Positions 58,120 to 64,000 of a stretch of 64,000 nucleotides of DNA are shown piece by piece. The translations under genes were made by a program, and so were the position numbers. Numbering within the stretch: position 1 is the stretch's first letter; each line of letters begins with the position of its first letter. The notes below the pieces were generated by a model. The model was not told the DNA's origin, did no database searches, and saw only the letters and a list, made by a program, of their open reading frames with translations. The stretch covers positions 2,048,001 to 2,112,000 of the forward strand of contig CAXXHO010000003.1 in the NCBI GenBank assembly GCA_963667725.2. Reading direction: 5' to 3'. This DNA comes from Treponemataceae bacterium. Lineage in GTDB: Bacteria > Spirochaetota > Spirochaetia > Treponematales > Rectinemataceae.

Positions 58120-59073
58120 CTAAACGGTCCCTACCCTGAATGATTTCTTGAAGTGGTTCCTTCTGAATCGCTCAATCCATACGACAAGCGTGGCCAGGAC
58201 CAGGCGCGGCACGACAAGCCAGAAAATGCTTATGCCGATCGCCGAATAGAGAATCGTGTCCTCCAGGAGGGAATGGGAAATCGCCGCGTGGTGGTTGAAG
58301 AGGTCGCCGTCCTGCTTTTTCATCTTGCCCGTTTCGTATTCGGCCTTGATTATGCCAGCCCCATATGAGTAGCCGACGATATTGATGACGATCCAGAGGA
58401 AGCTTGCCTCCGCCGGCAGGCCGAAGATCTTCATGAAGGGAGCGAGTATCTTGGATAGCAGATCGATGACTTTGAACTCATCGAAAAGGCTCTGGGCAAT
58501 CATTATCCCAAGGACGAAGAGTACGATTTTAGCGACAAGCGCCAGTGTCGAACGGCCCCAGCTTCCAAGCATCGCGAGGAAGGCCACTTTTTCGGCGCCG
58601 AGTCCAGAGGAGAATACCGTTCCCGCCATGGACTGGGGAAGAAGAAGATTGAGGATGAAGGCGCCGAAGATCGCCATCCCAATGCGCAGCAGCGCCATCT
58701 TGATGGCCGAGGAACCCGCCGATTTCATCACCGCCGTCTCCACGATGAGGTTGTGGGCGGTCAGGCACATGAAGGCGAGAATGGTGACATCCCGAAGCGA
58801 AAGGCTGAGCGAGCCCATGACGGCTATCGCCGAATAGTTGTTGAGAAGGGCCCCCGATATGAAAACGAAGGCGGCCTGGCCGGGGAGGCCGATGAGCCGC
58901 ATCAGGGGGGAGAGGAATCCGGCGATTATCTGCAGGAGACCGCTCCATCCCAAAAGCGCGACGACCAGGCTCGTGGGCACCATTATCTTCAGGAGGAAGG
59001 TTATTGTGGAAACGGATTTCCTGACGCCCGCCATGAGGGCGTCTCCGATTCTTGCCGTAATTTTCTTATCCAT
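58120..59073 (-). CDS. Nucleoside recognition (Gate)/SpmAB-like membrane protein
   Basis: Two repeated PLMRLIGLP / PFMKIFGLP units, HNLIVE and HSLLED motifs. Confidence 0.75.
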   Translation of the reverse strand: MDKKITARIGDALMAGVRKSVSTITFLLKIMVPTSLVVALLGWSGLLQIIAGFLSPLMRLIGLPGQAAFVFISGALLNNYSAIAVMGSLSLSLRDVTILAFMCLTAHNLIVETAVMKSAGSSAIKMALLRIGMAIFGAFILNLLLPQSMAGTVFSSGLGAEKVAFLAMLGSWGRSTLALVAKIVLFVLGIMIAQSLFDEFKVIDLLSKILAPFMKIFGLPAEASFLWIVINIVGYSYGAGIIKAEYETGKMKKQDGDLFNHHAAISHSLLEDTILYSAIGISIFWLVVPRLVLATLVVWIERFRRNHFKKSFRVGTV

Positions 59074-59176
59074 TGATACTTCCGTATTGCTGAACGCAAC
59101 CGCGATAGTAACACAATCCGGCATCCTATGGGAACCGATGGTCTCTAGGAAGCCAGAGGGGGCTTTCGCGGCGCCC

Positions 59177-61252
59177 TTAGGATCTGTGGGCGGCGAGCGA
59201 CGCGATCCTGTCGGCGAATGCCTTGTCGCCCATGAGGTCCTCGAGGCGCGGCTTCATCCTGTACAGCCAATTCGCGTCGCTCATCGTGCCGGGCACGTTT
59301 ATGCGCTCGTTCGCCGGATTCTCCTCGCGGTAGAGCGCGCTCGCGGCCAGGAGGTCCTGCAGGGGATAAACGACGCAGCGCGAGCGCGCCGCGGCGAAGG
59401 CTCCCATGACGAGGAGGGCCGATTCGGGATCCAGCGAAGCGGGAGCGGCATCGGCCAGGGCATATCCCGGCGTCGCCTGTCTGACCATCGCCCATACGGC
59501 GGCGCGGTCTGCCTCCTCTTCCCACCACTGGCGCAGATTCGTGGAATCATGAACCGACATGGTGGCCACCGATTCCTCCGGGTAATCCTCAAGCGGTATG
59601 TAGGGCGATCCCCGCCTATCCCATGCCCTGTGCCAGCGAAGGACGCGTAGACCAGGAATCCCCAGTTCGCCCAAGACGGCGGGAACGAAGGGAGGCACAG
59701 CTCCCAAATCTTCGGCGCAGGCCTGCATTTCGACGCTGTCGGCTAAAATCTTCAGGATATTCCTTCCCGCTCTCTCCCATAAAGCCATGGATTCGCCCTT
59801 CCTGCGCGAAATCAGGGCTTCCATAAGGGTTTTCTCGCGATCCGAAAGGCTGCTCCAGGCCTGGGTGCCCCTGAATTCCCAGGTGGCGAGGAACTGCCCT
59901 GGCGCGACTTCCAGAAGCGTTCTGTTCCTCCACCAGGAGAGCAATGCGTCGACGCAGGACGAAATCGCCGATTCCGCGGGTTTCTCCCCCGCGAACGCCG
60001 CGCAAGTCTCCCGCACGATGCTCGCGATATCGGCGCCGCCCCGAATCGATTGGGCAAAGAGACATAACGGCTCGTTCCCGATCTGGGCGAAGAGCCTCGC
60101 GCGCAGTTCTCCGCGGAGCGGCCAGGGCAGCCCCGACAGGGCTTCGTCTATCGCATGCTGTGGCACGTGGGGCTTCGAGAGCCATCGAATCCTCCCCGCG
60201 TCGAACCCTATAGCGTCCAGCTCCGGATAGGAAAAAGCGAATTCGGGCACGAAATGCCCGAGAAAGCCATCCAACTCATGCTTGCTTATCGCCCAAATCC
60301 TGAAGAATCCCAGCACATGATCGATTCTGTACATGGTATAGAACTGTTCAGCGCTGGCGAGCCTTTCTTTCCAGAATGAATAGCCGCCGCGCTCGATTTC
60401 ATCCCAGCGATAAAGGGGAAATCCCCAGTTCTGACCATAACGCGAATACATATCGGGTGGTGCTCCGGCCGAGCTTCCCGTATCGAACAATTCCCTATGA
60501 AACCAGACATCGGCAGAGTCGGCGTTCATGAGGATGGGAATGTCGCCCATGAGGTCCACGCCGATTTCCCTTGCCTGGGCGCAAGCCGAGGCGAACTGCT
60601 CTTCGGCCCTCATCTGGAGCCACGCCCAGAACCTCGTGCCAGCGACATTGTCCTTTTCTTCCCAAAGGCTGTCGATCAAGGCTTCGTCCACCGTCCCAAG
60701 CTCCGGCCACTCCCACCAGGCGGCCCCGTCGTGGCGCCTCTTGAGCTCTACAAAGCAGGCATAGGGCTTCGCCCAGGACCTGTCGGCCGTCCATTCCTCA
60801 ACCTCGGCAATCAGCTTTTGCCCAATCCGATCCGACGAGATTGCCTTCCACAAGGTCTCGAGAATGCTCAATTTTGCCTCAAGAATCCTGGCGTAAGGAA
60901 CTTGGACCGAAGTTCCGAAATCGACGGCTAGCCTTCTTGCCTGCCCCGCGGCCAAGACCGCGGCCTTTTTAGCCGGACCTTCATTGGCGGCCGCTTGCTC
61001 CAGCTCAGGCAGGTCCCCAATCCGCAGATATACCGGATTCAGCGCGAAAGCGCTCAACGCGCTGTATGGCGATGTCTGCCAGCCCGTATCGTTCACCGGA
61101 AGAAGCTGCACGACATCCATATTCCAGGAACGCGCAAGCTTCGCCAGATCAGCGATATCCGGGATTTCGCCGCATGGACCGCGGCCGGTCCTGAGGGAAA
61201 GAAGCGGCAGCGCGAGCCCGGTCATTCTCTTCGTCGAATTGATGAATTTCAT
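59177..61252 (-). CDS. malQ: 4-alpha-glucanotransferase (GH77)
   Basis: QLLPVND..SPY, GDIPI, GAPPD, GQNWGFP, RIDH..GF, AEDLG, HD, RINVPG. Confidence 0.92.
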   Translation of the reverse strand: MKFINSTKRMTGLALPLLSLRTGRGPCGEIPDIADLAKLARSWNMDVVQLLPVNDTGWQTSPYSALSAFALNPVYLRIGDLPELEQAAANEGPAKKAAVLAAGQARRLAVDFGTSVQVPYARILEAKLSILETLWKAISSDRIGQKLIAEVEEWTADRSWAKPYACFVELKRRHDGAAWWEWPELGTVDEALIDSLWEEKDNVAGTRFWAWLQMRAEEQFASACAQAREIGVDLMGDIPILMNADSADVWFHRELFDTGSSAGAPPDMYSRYGQNWGFPLYRWDEIERGGYSFWKERLASAEQFYTMYRIDHVLGFFRIWAISKHELDGFLGHFVPEFAFSYPELDAIGFDAGRIRWLSKPHVPQHAIDEALSGLPWPLRGELRARLFAQIGNEPLCLFAQSIRGGADIASIVRETCAAFAGEKPAESAISSCVDALLSWWRNRTLLEVAPGQFLATWEFRGTQAWSSLSDREKTLMEALISRRKGESMALWERAGRNILKILADSVEMQACAEDLGAVPPFVPAVLGELGIPGLRVLRWHRAWDRRGSPYIPLEDYPEESVATMSVHDSTNLRQWWEEEADRAAVWAMVRQATPGYALADAAPASLDPESALLVMGAFAAARSRCVVYPLQDLLAASALYREENPANERINVPGTMSDANWLYRMKPRLEDLMGDKAFADRIASLAAHRS

Positions 61253-61254
61253 GT

Positions 61255-62643
61255 CTATCTCCAGAGCGCCCGTATGGAGGCCTTGAGCGAATCGGCCTGA
61301 GCCCATTCCGGCTTGGCTCCCGCCTTTCTCGAAGGCGCCGTCTCGCCTTCCTCCCTGTCCCCGTACTTTGCTTCCAATGGACCCAGCACAGCCGTGAAGC
61401 CGAGAGCCTTGGCCGCCCTGGCCCTCTTGGCCATCTGCCGGACTGGCCGGACCTCGCCCGCGAGCGAGAGCTCGCCAGCGAGCGCCGATTCCTTGGGAAG
61501 AGGCTGGCCTGTCCTGGCCGAATAAAGAGCAGCGGCAAGCGCGAGATCTATGCCCGGCTCGGCCAGGCGCACGCCTCCGGCCACATTGATATAGATATCC
61601 TGATCCGAAAGCCGCAGGCCAGTCTGCTTTTCTATGACGGCGGCGATGCGCGCCACTCTTGAGGCGTCGATCCTGTCGGAATATACCCTGGTGATGCCGG
61701 CCTTAGCGGGCACGGTGAGGGCCTGTATCTCCACCAGGAGAACGCGCGAGCCTTCGTGGACAATCGCGACGGCTACGCCCGGAGGCAGCTCCCCTGCTCG
61801 CTGGATGAGCAGAATGCCCGACGGATCGGCAAGTTCATCGAGCCCCTTGTAGCCCATCCTGTACAGCCCCAGCTCATCAGTCGAACCGAAGCGGTTTTTC
61901 GATGCCCGGAGCGCCCGCAGGTCACCTTCGGCCTGTTCGAAGGTGAGTACGGCGTCCACGATATGTTCCGCTGCCTTGGGTCCCGCTATGAGCCCATCTT
62001 TTGTCATATGGGCGACGAATATTATGATGGAGTCGTGTGTCTTGGCCCATTCGGTCATTTCCTGGGTGCAGTATTTTATCTGGTTGGCGGTGCCGGGCAC
62101 GGCGCCGGCGTCGGCCGAATATACGGTCTGTATGGAATCAATCACGGTGAGGACTGGGTGCACGGCTTCAAGCACCGTCATTATCCTATCCAGATCGGAA
62201 GCGCAGAACACTTCCAGGTTGTCCTTGAGAGCTCCCACGCGATCCGCCCGCAGGCGAACCTGGGCCGGGGATTCTTCGCCCGAGACATAGAGCACTCTGC
62301 CCTTGGACTGCAGCTTGGCGCATACCTGCAAAAGTAGCGTACTCTTGCCTATTCCCGGCTCCCCGCCCAGGAGGATGGCCGAGCCTCTCATGAATCCTCC
62401 GCCGAGAACCCTGTCGAGCTCTACGCTGCCTGAGAGGATTCTCGTGCCCGACGCGGGGTCGATGGCCATGATAGGCAACGAATAGGATTCGCCCTTGATC
62501 TCGGCCTTCATCGAGCCGGCGGTCACGCTCTGCTCTTTGAGCGTATTCCACTGACCGCATTCCGGGCAGCGTCCCAGCCACTTGGGCTCCGTATGCCCGC
62601 AGTTCGAACAGCGGTGCACCGTGGTTTGCTTCTTCATATCCAT
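61255..62643 (-). CDS. radA: DNA repair protein RadA/Sms
   Basis: CSNCG…WLGRCPECG Zn finger, GEPGIGKSTL, KNRFG, Lon-like C-terminus. Confidence 0.96.
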   Translation of the reverse strand: MDMKKQTTVHRCSNCGHTEPKWLGRCPECGQWNTLKEQSVTAGSMKAEIKGESYSLPIMAIDPASGTRILSGSVELDRVLGGGFMRGSAILLGGEPGIGKSTLLLQVCAKLQSKGRVLYVSGEESPAQVRLRADRVGALKDNLEVFCASDLDRIMTVLEAVHPVLTVIDSIQTVYSADAGAVPGTANQIKYCTQEMTEWAKTHDSIIIFVAHMTKDGLIAGPKAAEHIVDAVLTFEQAEGDLRALRASKNRFGSTDELGLYRMGYKGLDELADPSGILLIQRAGELPPGVAVAIVHEGSRVLLVEIQALTVPAKAGITRVYSDRIDASRVARIAAVIEKQTGLRLSDQDIYINVAGGVRLAEPGIDLALAAALYSARTGQPLPKESALAGELSLAGEVRPVRQMAKRARAAKALGFTAVLGPLEAKYGDREEGETAPSRKAGAKPEWAQADSLKASIRALWR

Positions 62644-62936
62644 TCATCGTATCCGAGGAGGGGTCTTGCTTCAATAGCGGAATCCCGATAGCCCTTTCGC
62701 CGCCGATTTCCGCGGCGCGACAGTTCGGGATATTCCATGCGGCAAGCAGGCAACGTTCAACGACGCAAGGATCATTATATCAATCGCATAACTTTAACAC
62801 GAGGACGACAGCGTCTCGATTCGCGGAAAGATTAGACCGAAAAACATCGTAAATTCGGAGACGAACGGGAAATCATCGCATTTATTCTCTTGTCTTTTTT
62901 CAATAAAGCATTATGCTATATATATGGAGGACTATC

Positions 62937-63335
62937 GTGGATAAAAAAGCACTGGCGTCTCTGAAAAAATTATCGAAGAATGGGCACGCTCTGGTTGAGA
63001 TCATGGCAAAATACTTGATCATCCTGGATGAGTCTATCGCCGAAGAAGCCACGGGAAAGCCTGCCAAAGCGGCCGCGGTGAAAAAGGCTCCGGTCGCGAA
63101 GAAGGTGGCCGCCAAAGCTTCGGCAGCCAAGATAGCGGCGGTCAAGAAACCGGTTGCCAAGAAAGCGATCGCGAAGAAACCCGCCGTAAAAGCCAATGAA
63201 AAAGCGGCTGCGAAGCCGACGGCGCCCAAGGTCAAAGCGCCAATTTCAAAACCAGTCGTAAAAGTCGAGGGAGCCGCAGCGCCGGCCCAGGTAAAAAGCG
63301 TTAAGCGCGGACGCCCGGCCAAGGCGAAGAAATAA
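62937..63335 (+). CDS. Lys/Ala/Pro-rich histone-H1-like protein
   Basis: GTG start after SD GGAGG; repeats KKAPVAKK, KKPVAKK, KKPAVK; ends KRGRPAKAKK. Confidence 0.75.
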   Translation: MDKKALASLKKLSKNGHALVEIMAKYLIILDESIAEEATGKPAKAAAVKKAPVAKKVAAKASAAKIAAVKKPVAKKAIAKKPAVKANEKAAAKPTAPKVKAPISKPVVKVEGAAAPAQVKSVKRGRPAKAKK

Positions 63336-63349
63336 TTCACCGCGACGCT

Positions 63350-64000
63350 TCACAGGCGGCCGTTGATCATCCGCATTTTCGTTTCATTTACTTTTGATTG
63401 ACGGTCCGCCGTGAGAAGGCCATTGGTTTCGCCGCCCACATCGTAAAGCTGCGTAAGGCAGTAGCCGCAGAAAAGTCCTGATTCCACCGCATCGCGAGTA
63501 TAGCGCTCAATTTTTTCTTCTATCGATCCGTCTTCCTTGATTTGATACCAGCCAAATCCGCCGTATTCGCTTAAAAACCATGGAGACTTTTTTCTTTCCG
63601 CTTTTTTTTCGGCCTCGCTATTCAGGAACAGCGTCCTGGTCGTCGTGGCCACTCCGTTTCTCAGATAAAAAATCAACACCCTGCGCAGAGAAAAATCGCT
63701 CATTGTCTTCGGATCGCGCGCGGACATCTTTGCGTAGGCGTTAACAGCGAGATCGGCTTTTCCGAGATAATGGTGAAAATCCACGATGTCGCTGTCGAAA
63801 TGTTCCCATCCGGAATTTTCGATCACCGGCCGCTGCGGATCGAGCGACCTGGTTATGGCGACCATTTTCTCCATGAATCGCCTGGTCGCGGAACCGCGGC
63901 GGTACATTCCCCATACACCCCAGGTTTCGTTGAAAAGCACCCAGGAAATCGCCGAAGGATGCATGGAATCTCTTTCGATTATTTCGCGGAACTCGCTCTC
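63350..64000 (-). CDS. Glycoside hydrolase family 2 (C-terminal part; 5'-truncated by window edge)
   Basis: HPSAISWVLFNETWG, SEYGG, GYCLTQLYDV..E.NGL. Confidence 0.85.
   Translation of the reverse strand, partial: ESEFREIIERDSMHPSAISWVLFNETWGVWGMYRRGSATRRFMEKMVAITRSLDPQRPVIENSGWEHFDSDIVDFHHYLGKADLAVNAYAKMSARDPKTMSDFSLRRVLIFYLRNGVATTTRTLFLNSEAEKKAERKKSPWFLSEYGGFGWYQIKEDGSIEEKIERYTRDAVESGLFCGYCLTQLYDVGGETNGLLTADRQSKVNETKMRMINGRL

Noticed and set aside
62900..63340. Minus-strand hydrophobic ORF (146 aa)
   Set aside because: Mirror of the Lys/Ala-rich plus-strand gene, which has the SD

Overview
GC-rich bacterial chromosome segment, most likely from a Spirochaetota member (Treponema/Spirochaeta-like; inferred from gene order and protein features). 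Positions ~2.6-33.5 kb hold a contiguous minus-strand translation/transcription supercluster: tRNA-Thr, rpmG, tRNA-Trp, secE, nusG, rplKAJL, rpoBC, rpsLG, a divergent EF-G paralogue, tuf, and the S10, spc and alpha operons. The left edge is a 5'-truncated flavinylated UrdA-like reductase. The right half carries housekeeping and accessory genes: murJ, ltaE, HAD, VanY-like peptidase, UDG-like protein, SPFH/NfeD, PFK, CrtI-like/Fe-S fusion, XPB module, clpP, TlpA/CcdA, malQ, radA, a histone-H1-like protein and a GH2 fragment. Main highlights: (1) a 56-aa basic CxxC/CxxC protein, missing from the ORF track, as the last gene of the alpha operon (candidate lineage-specific ribosomal protein); (2) a translationally coupled XPB helicase / Helicase_C_3+WYL-like / NYN-LOTUS RNase module in which XPB is split by a 1-nt frameshift; (3) a str-locus EF-G lacking translocation loops and insulated by two terminators; (4) several apparently leaderless genes. 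No CRISPR array, rRNA or transposase was seen. All family assignments come from motif recognition by eye, not database searches.
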